Below are positions 20,348 to 29,711 of a stretch of 64,000 bases of DNA, in pieces. Positions within the stretch are counted from its first letter, which is position 1; each line of letters opens with the position of its first letter. Source of the stretch: Bdellovibrionaceae bacterium UBA3535 (GTDB lineage Bacteria > Bdellovibrionota > Bdellovibrionia > Bdellovibrionales > UBA840); NCBI GenBank assembly GCA_002376845.1, contig DFOS01000028.1:1029-65028 (forward strand). The letters run 5' to 3'. The notes under the pieces were generated by a model. It ran no database searches. It was not told where the DNA came from and saw only the letters and a list, made by a program, of their open reading frames with translations. The translations under genes and the position numbers were made by a program.

Positions 20348-21697
20348 CTATGCATTAGACAAAGTTTCTACAATTTTATTAACCAGAACAGCCAAGACAC
20401 CTGCCGGCGCCAGAAACCTTGTAGTAAATACCAAGCCTTTTGCTAAATAACCATGTCCTTTTCCTAGGATTTTTTCTGCTGCCTCATAGGAAAGCTTCCA
20501 GCCTAAAAACAAGGAGATAATCAACCCACCAAAAGGCAACAAATAACTTGAGGTCAAAAGATCAAAAAGATCAAAAAATGTTTTTCCGAATATTTTGAAG
20601 TCCGACATAATATTCGTAGAGAACAAACTCAAAAACCCCAATAAGTAAATCATCGATGCCGACACAACCACAGCTTTTTTATGAAGCCACTTTCGTTTTT
20701 CTTCTAAATAAGCAACAACAACCTCAAGCATGGACACCGCGGAGGTAAGCGCCGCAAAGGATACTAGTAGAAAAAACAAGATAGAAACATAATTGCCCAT
20801 GGGAATTTTCTGAAAAAGAACGGGAAGTGTCGCAAACATTAAACCAGGCCCACTAGAAGCCTCCAAGCCGTAGGAAAATACAATGGAGAATATTACCACA
20901 CCCGCCATTAAAGCGATCACCGTATCAAGACCAGCAATGGTTAAAGCAATGCGCGGCAAACTTTCTTTTTTATCTAAAAATGAGCCGTAGGTAAGAATAC
21001 ATCCCATCCCCAAACTCAACGTAAAGAACGAATGGCCCATTGCCTCTAGAATGCTAGAAGCATTCAGCTTTGAGAAATCAGGACGAAATAGAAAGGTAAA
21101 AGCCTCAGCAAAACCAGGCAGAAATAGGGCGTATACAAAAAGTGCTACCAAAATCACAAATAGTGATGGCATTAAAATTCGGTTCCATTTTTCTAAACCA
21201 TTTTTAATCCCGCCGGCGGTGATGCCTGCTGTAAGAAGCATAAATAACGTAAACCAAATCACTTGTCTTAACGGGCTAGAAAAAAGTGTGGAAAGCGTGG
21301 ACTCCACACCTGCCTCCGACATGCTTTGAAATTCAAACAAGACAGATCGGTATAAGAAATCAAATACCCAACCACCAACGACAGCATAAAAGGATAGAAT
21401 CAAAACGGCTGAGAGGAGCCCTGCAAAACCTGCTACACGCCACATCGATCTTGGCTGATGCATCTTCTCAAAAGCACTTACTGCATTCACCTGTGATTGT
21501 TGTCCGATATACATTTCGGCGATCAAAATCGGGAGACCCACTATGGCAATACAAAGCAAATAGAGCAAAACGAAAGCTCCCCCACCATTGATACCGGTAA
21601 TATAAGGAAATTTCCAAAGATTACCCAAACCAATGGCAGAACCAGCTGCAGCTAAAATGAACATAAAACGATTGGACCAATGTTGACGTGCCCCCAT
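20348..21697 (-). CDS. neurotransmitter:sodium symporter (NSS/SNF family)
   Basis: N-terminal WSNRFMFILAAAGSAIGLGNLWKFPY signature in a 449-aa polytopic protein. Confidence 0.9.
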   Translation of the reverse strand: MGARQHWSNRFMFILAAAGSAIGLGNLWKFPYITGINGGGAFVLLYLLCIAIVGLPILIAEMYIGQQSQVNAVSAFEKMHQPRSMWRVAGFAGLLSAVLILSFYAVVGGWVFDFLYRSVLFEFQSMSEAGVESTLSTLFSSPLRQVIWFTLFMLLTAGITAGGIKNGLEKWNRILMPSLFVILVALFVYALFLPGFAEAFTFLFRPDFSKLNASSILEAMGHSFFTLSLGMGCILTYGSFLDKKESLPRIALTIAGLDTVIALMAGVVIFSIVFSYGLEASSGPGLMFATLPVLFQKIPMGNYVSILFFLLVSFAALTSAVSMLEVVVAYLEEKRKWLHKKAVVVSASMIYLLGFLSLFSTNIMSDFKIFGKTFFDLFDLLTSSYLLPFGGLIISLFLGWKLSYEAAEKILGKGHGYLAKGLVFTTRFLAPAGVLAVLVNKIVETLSNA

Positions 21698-21800
21698 CAG
21701 ATACTCCTTTATTTCTCTCGCAATTTTAGTAGTATTAATGCATTAGTAAAGAAATACATATGATAAATCCTTATGTAACGCTGCAGGTTGGGGACAAAAA

Positions 21801-22322
21801 ATGAAATTACTTTGGCTAGATATGGAGATGACGGGCTTGGATGTAAACAAAGAACGCATCATTGAGGTGGCGGCAATTGTTACCGATGAAAAATGGCAGG
21901 AACTGGATTCCTATCATAGCATTGTCTACCAAGATCAAAAATTTCTAGATGCCATGGATGATTGGAACCAAAAACAGCACGGTGCTAGTGGCTTAAAAGC
22001 TGCCGTGAAAGAGGGAAAAAAAGAAGATCTCGTCGAAGAGGAGCTTTTGCAATGGATTGCTAAGCATTGGAAAAGCAAGGAAATGCCTATGCTAGCAGGC
22101 AACTCCATTCACCAAGATCGCAAATTCATTCATGCCTACTGGCACAAATTGGAAGAGCGATTGCATTATCGTATGCTGGATGTAAGTAGCTACAAAATTG
22201 TGATCGAATTAATACATGGAATTAAGTTTAAAAAACAGGATGCGCACCGCGCTTTAGATGATATTCGAGAAAGTATCGCGGAGCTCAAATTTTATCTGCA
22301 ATACCTAAAAATACCAGAATAG
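21801..22322 (+). CDS. orn: oligoribonuclease
   Basis: 173 aa with LLWLDMEMTGLD (Exo I), NSIHQDRKF and HRALDDIRESI DEDDh exonuclease motifs. Confidence 0.92.
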   Translation: MKLLWLDMEMTGLDVNKERIIEVAAIVTDEKWQELDSYHSIVYQDQKFLDAMDDWNQKQHGASGLKAAVKEGKKEDLVEEELLQWIAKHWKSKEMPMLAGNSIHQDRKFIHAYWHKLEERLHYRMLDVSSYKIVIELIHGIKFKKQDAHRALDDIRESIAELKFYLQYLKIPE

Positions 22323-22549
22323 CCCGAAGCGATGCCTTTTAGGGACTTTAGCTATTCATTCAACACAAAAAGGTAGTCTGATTTTCTATTTAGCCAGTAA
22401 TTATTTTGGGATTGCACGAAATTCCAACGATTTTCACAGCATTTCTAAGTATTGGAATCCCCTAAAGAAGACCAAAGGGGAGCCATCGATAGTATTTGAA
22501 GTATATAAATATTATACCCAACCACATATTTGCATCGTGTAATTAAGAT

Positions 22550-22564
22550 ATTCCTTAAAGGAAT
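22550..22564. promoter_or_regulatory. perfect palindrome upstream of the response-regulator gene (candidate operator)
   Basis: ATTCCTT-A-AAGGAAT: 7-nt arms around one central base, 78 nt upstream of the ATG at 22642, inside a 310-nt AT-rich intergenic region. Confidence 0.25.
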
Positions 22565-22641
22565 CGAATATTTATAGTAAATATTAAGAATATGTTAAGG
22601 GTCATATTATTAAAGCGTGTTTCACATATAAAGTGGTGTCT

Positions 22642-23334
22642 ATGAAAAAGATACTAGTTGTGGACCGTGATGAAATTCAAAACAAAATTCTGCGCAATAC
22701 CTTGGAAAATGACTATGAATTGCTTTTTGCAAATTCGCTCTCAGATGCCATTGATATTTTTGAAACAGAAGTCATTGATTTTTGTATTATGGAACTTCAT
22801 CTTCCTGATGGAAGCGCACTCAATTTTTGTAGCCGCGTAAGAAACAGCAAGCAGAACCAATGGCTACCAATATTTATTATATCGGCCAATGCAGATACCT
22901 ATAATAAGCTTTCTAGCCTAGAGCTTGGCGCGGATGATTACATCACAAAACCGCTATTTCCTGCCGAGATTCGTTTGAAATTGCGCAATTATTTTCGAAG
23001 ATTGGAGCAAAAAAATGAAGTGCTGCTGCCCAAAAATTTGCCCTTTCATGTAAACACCAAAAAACGCACCATTTATATTGTAGAAAACCATGAAAGTAGA
23101 GCTCTAGATTTAACTTCAAAAGAATACGACCTACTACTAACCTTTTTAATTAATGTAGAACGAGTCTTTTCCCGGCAAGAATTGCTGGATTTGATATGGT
23201 CGAAGGACCACCATGTTGTGGACCGGGTCATTGATACTCATATTTCTATATTGCGAAAAAAAATCAGCCCCTATTCTAAATGCCTATGCTCCGAGTATGG
23301 TTCCGGCTATAAATTTGTTGCGCCAGAAAAATAA
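22642..23334 (+). CDS. OmpR/PhoB-family response regulator with Glu at the phospho-acceptor position (atypical, orphan)
   Basis: REC domain plus winged-helix output (LTSKEYDLLLTFL...VIDTHISILRKK...GYKF). The phospho-acceptor block reads IDFCIMELHLPDG where the family has ...LD..LPG. The conserved Ser/Thr (IISA) and Lys (ITKP) are kept. The ATG at 22642 is preferred over the GTG at 22633. Confidence 0.85.
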   Translation: MKKILVVDRDEIQNKILRNTLENDYELLFANSLSDAIDIFETEVIDFCIMELHLPDGSALNFCSRVRNSKQNQWLPIFIISANADTYNKLSSLELGADDYITKPLFPAEIRLKLRNYFRRLEQKNEVLLPKNLPFHVNTKKRTIYIVENHESRALDLTSKEYDLLLTFLINVERVFSRQELLDLIWSKDHHVVDRVIDTHISILRKKISPYSKCLCSEYGSGYKFVAPEK

Positions 23335-23360
23335 AATGCAGAGCGTATCCACCCTGCATT
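23335..23360 (+). terminator. possible terminator after the response-regulator gene
   Basis: AATGCAG-12 nt-CTGCATT begins directly after the TAA at 23332-23334. The downstream T-tract is weak (CTATTATAT). Confidence 0.3.
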
Positions 23361-23500
23361 CTATTATATAGAAAAGCTATGATCTTAGTGCGACATCAGT
23401 TGCAGCAAACAAAACAGACACACGCCCAATTTAATCCATTGCAAAATGTCCAGCCGATCCCAATCTACCTTTTCTAAATAATAAGATTCCTCTTGCATGA

Positions 23501-23722
23501 CTACCTCTCGCCTTTTATTGGCCAGTAGTAGCCTAGTTTATGAAGAGCAAAGTACTCTTCCAGACTAATGCTCTCTTCACTGTCAAAAGTCCCACTTCTA
23601 TCCAACGAGTAGTCTTCTTCCTCGTCGAAATCATAGTCATAGTCATCAAGATCTAAGACGGAAATATCTGTATCCATGGGAAAGCGGTCACTGTTTATGT
23701 ATTCACTGTTTAATTTTGCCAT
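23501..23722 (-). CDS. very acidic small protein of unknown function
   Basis: About 73 aa, with an ATG at 23722 preceded by GAGGAG. The run DTDISVLDLDDYDYDFDEEEDYSLDRSGTFDSEESISLEE is dominated by Asp/Glu. No motif recognised. Confidence 0.45.
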   Translation of the reverse strand: MAKLNSEYINSDRFPMDTDISVLDLDDYDYDFDEEEDYSLDRSGTFDSEESISLEEYFALHKLGYYWPIKGER

Positions 23723-24012
23723 CACGTTCTCCTCTTAATGCACCCCCCTTGTTTGTTTGTTTGATCCATAAATCCCTAATTCTCATTTCCTTCTCCTCCT
23801 TTCACGATGCAATCTACTTAAAGAAGGTTAAGGATTTATTAACTAAATATTAAGTAATCTTAAACTTTGCACAAGTCTTGTCCAACTTTTATCCTATTGA
23901 TTTTACTCATTATTTTGCAGATGACTCATGAAGCCATGCGTTAATACAGGTTTTAACTATTAATTATGCTTAAACTTTGAGCTTAAATAGCCTGGTCTCG
24001 CAGAGCAAAAAC

Positions 24013-24043
24013 AAAAAAAAGCCTGTTTTTTGACCAGGCTTTT
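24013..24043 (-). terminator. rho-independent terminator downstream of ahcY
   Basis: The minus strand reads AAAAGCCTG-gtcaaaaaa-CAGGCTTTTTTTT, starting 25 nt after the ahcY stop (24068-24070). It has a GC core stem flanked by an A-run and an 8-T run. Confidence 0.7.
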
Positions 24044-24067
24044 AAGCAAATATTTATAAAAGTCGAC

Positions 24068-25450
24068 TTAGTAGCGATAGTGCTCCGGCTTGAATGGCCC
24101 TGTCTCGCTAATTCCAAGATACTTGGATTGTTTGTCGCTTAGCTTAGTTAGCCGAACACCAATCTGCTCCAAGTGAAAGGCAGCCACTTTCTCATCCAAT
24201 TCTTTTGGTAAGCGGTAAACTCCTATTTCCTTGTATGCATCGCGATTGGTATACAAATCAATCTGCGCCAATACTTGATTGGAAAAGGAATTGCTCATTA
24301 CAAAAGATGGATGTCCTGTAGCACAACCAAGATTGACCAATCTACCCTCGGCAAGAACCAAAATCTTGTTGCCCGTCTTATTCACCATATGCTCGTCCAC
24401 TTGTGGCTTGATATTGGTTTTTTGCGAATTTGCATTTAACCAAGCCATATCGATTTCATTGTCGAAATGCCCAATATTACAAACGATCGCACCATCGCGC
24501 ATTTTTTCAAAATGCTCCGCTGTAATGATGTCGCAGCAGCCAGTGGCAGTTACAAATATGTCGGTTTTATCTACCACTTCTTCCATACGGGCTACTTCAA
24601 AGCCTTCCATTGCCGCTTGCAAAGCGCAAATGGGATCAATCTCGGTTACAATCACGCGGCAACCATAAGCTTTAAGGGAATGGGCCGAGCCCTTACCTAC
24701 ATCGCCGTAACCCGCTACCACTGCCACTTTACCTGCTAGCATAACATCTGTGGCACGCTTGATACCGTCTGCCAATGACTCGCGGCAACCGTATAGGTTG
24801 TCAAATTTGGATTTCGTAACGGAATCGTTCACATTGATGGCGGGTATTTTTAGTTTCCCTTGCTTCAGCATTTTCTCTAAATTGTGTACACCAGTAGTAG
24901 TTTCCTCAGAAACTCCCAAAACTTGCTCCAACATCTTAGGATACTTTTCGTGCATAACATTGGTAAGATCGCCGCCATCATCTAGGATGATATCATAACC
25001 TTCTTCTCCCCATCCAAGAATGGTTTGATCAATGCACCATAAATATTCCTCTTCGCTCTCCCCTTTCCAAGCAAAAACAGGCACTCCTGTTGCCGCAATG
25101 GCACAGGCAGCATGGTCTTGGGTGGAAAATATATTACAAGATGACCAACGAACCTTAGCGCCAAGTGCCGTTAAGGTTTCAATCAATACCGCTGTTTGAA
25201 TGGTCATATGCAAACAACCTGTGATCTTAGCACCTTTAAGCGGTTGGCTTTCTCCATATTCTCTACGAATCGCCATTAGGCCAGGCATTTCTTTTTCTGC
25301 AATTTCAATTTCTTTTCGGCCCCAGGTAGCTAGTTCTTCAAAGCGCTTTGGATCCTTCATTGCTTCGGGAGTAACACAATAGTCCACTTTTTTTGCTTGC
25401 TCCACAATCGTCGTAGCCATAGTACTTCCTTGGTTGTCGGTCGATAACAT
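24068..25450 (-). CDS. ahcY: adenosylhomocysteinase
   Basis: [40 protein letters not shown] (NAD site) and a C-terminal ...KPEHYRY. Full-length SAH hydrolase pattern. Confidence 0.97.
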   Translation of the reverse strand: MLSTDNQGSTMATTIVEQAKKVDYCVTPEAMKDPKRFEELATWGRKEIEIAEKEMPGLMAIRREYGESQPLKGAKITGCLHMTIQTAVLIETLTALGAKVRWSSCNIFSTQDHAACAIAATGVPVFAWKGESEEEYLWCIDQTILGWGEEGYDIILDDGGDLTNVMHEKYPKMLEQVLGVSEETTTGVHNLEKMLKQGKLKIPAINVNDSVTKSKFDNLYGCRESLADGIKRATDVMLAGKVAVVAGYGDVGKGSAHSLKAYGCRVIVTEIDPICALQAAMEGFEVARMEEVVDKTDIFVTATGCCDIITAEHFEKMRDGAIVCNIGHFDNEIDMAWLNANSQKTNIKPQVDEHMVNKTGNKILVLAEGRLVNLGCATGHPSFVMSNSFSNQVLAQIDLYTNRDAYKEIGVYRLPKELDEKVAAFHLEQIGVRLTKLSDKQSKYLGISETGPFKPEHYRY

Positions 25451-25560
25451 ATTCTCTCCTTTTGTAATAAAAGAAGGCTACGGTTTTCAATATTTAGAGT
25501 CAAGATAAGAGCTATCTGTGGTGGGCATTATCCGTACGTACTTGGAATCAACTTGCTAAA

Positions 25561-26028
25561 TTAATAGGATTTAAATTCTATCTTGGTGATTTCCAGCTCC
25601 TTTTCCCCTGCTGGTAGACGCACAAGAGCTATATCCCCTAGTTTTTTTCCGATTAAAGCCTTTGCAATGGGAGATTTCCATGAAATGCGCCCATTTTCTG
25701 GGTCAATCTCATCTTCTCCCACTATCATATAGCTCTTTTCTCCCTCTTCATCCTCCACGGTCACCGTCGCCGAAAAAACCACTCGGTCTTGCCTGGCCGT
25801 CTCGGGCTGCACCACTTCCGCATCTTCAATGCGTTTTTTTAAATAATGAATGCGGCGATCGATTTCTCTTAAGCGCTTTTTTCCATAAATATAATCGCCG
25901 TTTTCACTGCGATCGCCATTACTGGCAGCCCAGGCAATGGTTTCTACCAATTTTGGCCGCTCTTTTTGTAAGAGGTCTTGCATTTCTTGCTTGAGACTTA
26001 AATAGCCTTTTTGCGTAATATAATTCAT
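25561..26028 (-). CDS. greB: transcript cleavage factor GreB
   Basis: NYITQKGYLSLKQEMQDL...RPKLVETIAWAASNGDRSENGDYIYGKKRLREIDRRIHYL closely parallels E. coli GreB rather than GreA. Confidence 0.85.
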   Translation of the reverse strand: MNYITQKGYLSLKQEMQDLLQKERPKLVETIAWAASNGDRSENGDYIYGKKRLREIDRRIHYLKKRIEDAEVVQPETARQDRVVFSATVTVEDEEGEKSYMIVGEDEIDPENGRISWKSPIAKALIGKKLGDIALVRLPAGEKELEITKIEFKSY

Positions 26029-26363
26029 GTTTTGGTTCTAAAATCCTGCGCATGTTTTGCCAAGTATTTAAAGACAAAGGTAACCAAAGCAAAATCATCT
26101 GCAAAGCCAAGAATCGGCGTAATGTCTGGCACTACGTCTAAGGGGTTGATAAAATAGATGAGTGTACCGATGATAATGGCCTTGTGTTTTGTAGAAACCT
26201 TGCCGCTAGTAAGGTAATCATAAAGGCTTTCTAGCTCGTTGATAAAGGCAATGCGCGAGCGATTCTTCTCTTTATATTTATGGAAGTCTTTGTCGACCTT
26301 CTCTTTGGCACCTTTTGCGCTACCAATTTTTTCCAATTCTTCTAAACTTGGTTTTTTTGACAT
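26025..26363 (-). CDS. DUF1232 (YkvA-like) membrane protein
   Basis: IIGTLIYFINPLDVVPDITPILGFADDFALV is the DUF1232 signature. ATGA overlap with greB. Confidence 0.8.
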   Translation of the reverse strand: MSKKPSLEELEKIGSAKGAKEKVDKDFHKYKEKNRSRIAFINELESLYDYLTSGKVSTKHKAIIIGTLIYFINPLDVVPDITPILGFADDFALVTFVFKYLAKHAQDFRTKT

Positions 26364-26409
26364 AGTAAGACTATCCTCACTTCATATACTTGTGTTGGCA
26401 AGCCACTTT

Positions 26410-27741
26410 TTAAACCTTCAGCCTTAGGATGCGGTAGAAATTGCGTATGCGATCCACATAAATCAAGGGTTCATTGCCATTGGCATAGCCGTATTTAAGT
26501 TCTTTAAAAAAATCCGGTTCACTCAACCTAGGCAAATATTTTTTTAAATTTCGCCACGTGATTTTCACACCTTTGTCCTCAAGATAGCGAATCAAATCTA
26601 AAATATGACCTGGTCCAACATTGTATGATGCCAATGTTAGCCAAAGTAAATCCTCACCTTGCGCGTATTTTTCCAAACGAGTCTTGATTTTTAAAAAATA
26701 CCGAGTACCGCCGTCAATGGACTGCTTGGGATCCAAACGATTGCTAACCCCTAGTTCTTTGGCCGTTCTTTGGGTTAGCATCATCAATCCCCGCACTCCC
26801 GTCGGACTCACCGCTGCATTATTCCAATGGGATTCTTGATAACTCAAAGCCGCCAACAAGCGCCAATCCATATCATATTTTTTCGCAATTCTTTGAAATT
26901 GTTTTTTCCAGCGCGGCAAACGGGAACGAATGCGTCTTTCAAAAACCTTATTATCGTAATAATCAAAATCCTCTGCAATGGCGCCAAAATAGCGCTCCCG
27001 AATTTCTTGTACTTTGGATTGATGCTCATCGATCCAGCGATTTAGTAGTCGCTGCAGATGGTAGTCCTTTTTATTTACATACCAATGCAAACCCTCTAGT
27101 GGGCTAAGAGCAAAGGTGGCTTGCAACTCTGGATATAGTCGCTGCTGTAGAGCTAGAATGTGGGAGTCCACCACGGTACAATCACTCTCCTTACGATAGA
27201 CATGATACAAAGCTTGTTCCGAATTTTCCACGGTGGTTTGCCACTGTATTTCAGGCATGATTTCTTGTAGGCGCTTTAGGCTTAGCTCGTAGGAGGAATC
27301 TTCCACCACAGTCAAATCAATATTCTTTAAATCTTTTCGAGTACTCGCCTTTTTACCAAAACGATGACATACCACCTCTTGCCGAATCAAATGGTAGGGA
27401 TTGCTATAGCGAAATTTCTTTTTTCGATCCTCTGTAAGGGCCAGACCTGCGGCCAAGACGCTATACCTATTTTGCTGGAGCTCCTCAAAGCCTTCTTGCG
27501 TGCTTGGAACCAATTTTATTTTTAATTTTAAATCATGATCTTTAGAAAATTCTTTGATCAAGTCATACTCAAATCCACGCCACTGCTCCGCTCGATCAAA
27601 AAAATAGGTACTCAAAGAGTTGCGAGTTATCAAAACCAGATCGTGTTCTTTTAAATCTTCAAGATAGGAAGATTCGCTCTGATAGAGATTGCAGGAGCAT
27701 AGGCAAAGAAAGCCTAGAGCCAGTATAGATTTAAGCCTCAT
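26410..27741 (-). CDS. mltF: membrane-bound lytic murein transglycosylase F-like (SBP_bac_3 + SLT domains)
   Basis: Lipoprotein-type N-terminus (LCLCSC), a periplasmic-binding-protein-like half, then the SLT catalytic block LAALSYQESHWNNAAVSPTGVRGLMMLT. Confidence 0.85.
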   Translation of the reverse strand: MRLKSILALGFLCLCSCNLYQSESSYLEDLKEHDLVLITRNSLSTYFFDRAEQWRGFEYDLIKEFSKDHDLKLKIKLVPSTQEGFEELQQNRYSVLAAGLALTEDRKKKFRYSNPYHLIRQEVVCHRFGKKASTRKDLKNIDLTVVEDSSYELSLKRLQEIMPEIQWQTTVENSEQALYHVYRKESDCTVVDSHILALQQRLYPELQATFALSPLEGLHWYVNKKDYHLQRLLNRWIDEHQSKVQEIRERYFGAIAEDFDYYDNKVFERRIRSRLPRWKKQFQRIAKKYDMDWRLLAALSYQESHWNNAAVSPTGVRGLMMLTQRTAKELGVSNRLDPKQSIDGGTRYFLKIKTRLEKYAQGEDLLWLTLASYNVGPGHILDLIRYLEDKGVKITWRNLKKYLPRLSEPDFFKELKYGYANGNEPLIYVDRIRNFYRILRLKV

Positions 27742-27745
27742 AGGC

Positions 27746-28756
27746 TTAGCGTACTATAAAGAAATTCTGTTGTGCAGGAGAAACTGCCGTTAATGCATCG
27801 TTAGCCAAATCCGTACCATCGGTCATGCTATCTGTAGTCATGCCCGTGCACACACCTTCTGCATTGTCTGCGCAAGTCGAACACATATCGGTATTGTTAA
27901 CTTCACTTGGCAAGAAATTGTCCTCTCCTTGATTCCAACGAAAAGCCAGAGTTTGCGATTCATTGCAACCCACATAAGATGGCGGCACAGGCACAGGCTC
28001 TGCCATCCCATCATCCGCTGGGCGGCATCCACTTACCATCGGATTGCGCTTGCAAAAAACGGCCTTTTTATCTTCCTCTGCAGGAGGGTAATCCGCACTT
28101 AGGTATTCAAAACCTTCTGCACCCAATACCCGGTTGGGAACATAGGTAACATCAGACATGTCATCAGCTGCCCAAGCCCGATCGCTTTTTGTAAATACTT
28201 GCAAAAGGCTGGGTTTATTGAGAGCTCTTGTTTGCGCCTGCGCTAGCATTTCCATGGTCTTTAAGTTTGGATTCGAATCATCGTAGAAAGCATGTAATTT
28301 TCCAAGCCAAGCTTTGGCCCACGCCGGCCGCTTGTCCGTTTTTCTCACATAATAAGTTTCTTGCAAACCCGGTACACTGTCATAAGCATTGCTAGCAAAA
28401 ATCGTGGTACAATAGGTCTCCTGCGCATCCTCTCGCTCCACACAGATCTCTTGTGCAGCTCCGCCGCAGATCCATATTCCTGAGCCAGCAGGAACCTCTA
28501 CTGGTGCAGCACCGCCGTCGCAGTTTTCACCATTATCATTGGCCGCCATGCCCTGATCGTAGGCCTTTCTGGCAGCCGCCGCCACCCTCTCGGTGACATT
28601 AATCATCTGATAGGCCTCTTTAATACGGGCGTGGTACTTGGCCTGATTGACGGTGTAGATATAAAAGGAGGAAAGCAGCGTAGTAATCGCCAAGGAGATC
28701 ATCATCACCCCTAATATGGCCATACTACCTTCTTGACTTCGCAATAGTTTTAACAT
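27746..28756 (-). CDS. PilX/TadG-like N-terminal helix protein, Cys-rich (putative minor pilin-associated)
   Basis: The start at 28756 is preceded by GGAGG. The N-terminus MLKLLRSQEGSMAILGVMMISLAITTLLS resembles the PilX_N pattern (basic-x-x-G-x-A-L + hydrophobic helix). The mature part has about a dozen Cys. It lies downstream of a PilW-like gene, as in fimU-pilVWXY1 operons. Confidence 0.45.
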   Translation of the reverse strand: MLKLLRSQEGSMAILGVMMISLAITTLLSSFYIYTVNQAKYHARIKEAYQMINVTERVAAAARKAYDQGMAANDNGENCDGGAAPVEVPAGSGIWICGGAAQEICVEREDAQETYCTTIFASNAYDSVPGLQETYYVRKTDKRPAWAKAWLGKLHAFYDDSNPNLKTMEMLAQAQTRALNKPSLLQVFTKSDRAWAADDMSDVTYVPNRVLGAEGFEYLSADYPPAEEDKKAVFCKRNPMVSGCRPADDGMAEPVPVPPSYVGCNESQTLAFRWNQGEDNFLPSEVNNTDMCSTCADNAEGVCTGMTTDSMTDGTDLANDALTAVSPAQQNFFIVR

Positions 28757-28835
28757 TTTTCCTCCACTCCCCATTTTACCATAAAGTATAGAAAATCAAC
28801 ATTATTTGTGATTTTATGACTCATATTGAAACACA

Positions 28836-29711
28836 TTATAAATCCAATGTTGGCGGCACAAAGCGAAAGTAATAAATCCCGCCGTGGGCGCTTAAAGGGT
28901 TTCCATTTTCATCATCATCCAAAGCCCGATTGTTTCGAAAGGTAACATTAAAATCGTAACGGATATCAAACCAGCCCGCATCATTGGGTGCCGCCGCGCA
29001 AGGATCATTGGGCGAACACCACATCCACTCCAGGGGCTGTGAGGAGCGATGATACCTTGTGGTAATAATAAAATCTGCCGACTCGGTTCGAACATTTGGC
29101 CCAGTGCCTGCCGAACGAAGGTTGCCAATATCATACTGCACGACCTTGTCATAAAACAAATCATCAAAACCCGGATTTGGTGTAAGGCCATCTGGCGTAA
29201 ACATATCAAAGAATACAATACCCTGCCCAAACTCGTCCCGATCCTGCGAAGGCAGAATCATGGACACTTGGGTTTGCAGCAGCTCCTGCTCGTTAGGGTC
29301 TCCTGGAATGCCATTGCCCCACTCACGTTGAAAGGTGCTTAGCAAGCGCCAGCGAGTACTGCCGCTAATGTTTGCTGGATCAGGGGCGGCCCCCATGGCC
29401 GGTGCTGTGGTGGTGGTATGAGGAACTAAAAAAGAGGCCCCAGTAGCGGCTAGATCGTCCAAATCTATGGCCTGCATATACGAGGACTTAGTATGATAGG
29501 ACAACCACAAGGCGTTTTCTTGCGCCTCATTCATCTCCACCATTATAACAAATTGCTCGACTGCATAGATATAAATGCTCGCAATGGCCATGCTAACAAT
29601 GAGCGAGATGCCAGAGGCTATCACGATTTCAATGAGCGTCACGGCATGATTGTTTCTAAGTGGTTTTAATATATTGTAGACGAAGCTGTCTTCGTCTTTG
29701 AGCCTCTTCAT
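28836..29711 (-). CDS. type IV pilin-like protein (PilW-like) with non-canonical prepilin motif
   Basis: N-terminus ...RNNHA/VTLIEIVIASGISLIVSMAIASIY follows the prepilin pattern, with Glu at +5 but Ala instead of Gly at -1. The following EAQENALWLSYHTKSSYMQA resembles the PilW block. The start is uncertain: TTG at 29741 or ATG at 29711. Confidence 0.5.
   Translation of the reverse strand: MKRLKDEDSFVYNILKPLRNNHAVTLIEIVIASGISLIVSMAIASIYIYAVEQFVIMVEMNEAQENALWLSYHTKSSYMQAIDLDDLAATGASFLVPHTTTTAPAMGAAPDPANISGSTRWRLLSTFQREWGNGIPGDPNEQELLQTQVSMILPSQDRDEFGQGIVFFDMFTPDGLTPNPGFDDLFYDKVVQYDIGNLRSAGTGPNVRTESADFIITTRYHRSSQPLEWMWCSPNDPCAAAPNDAGWFDIRYDFNVTFRNNRALDDDENGNPLSAHGGIYYFRFVPPTLDL

Noticed and set aside
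25451-25560. A possible SAH riboswitch in the ahcY leader.
   Set aside because: The 110-nt leader is AT-rich. It lacks the GC-rich pseudoknot core (…GAGGAGCGCUGC…AGGCUCGG…) that I remember for the SAH element.
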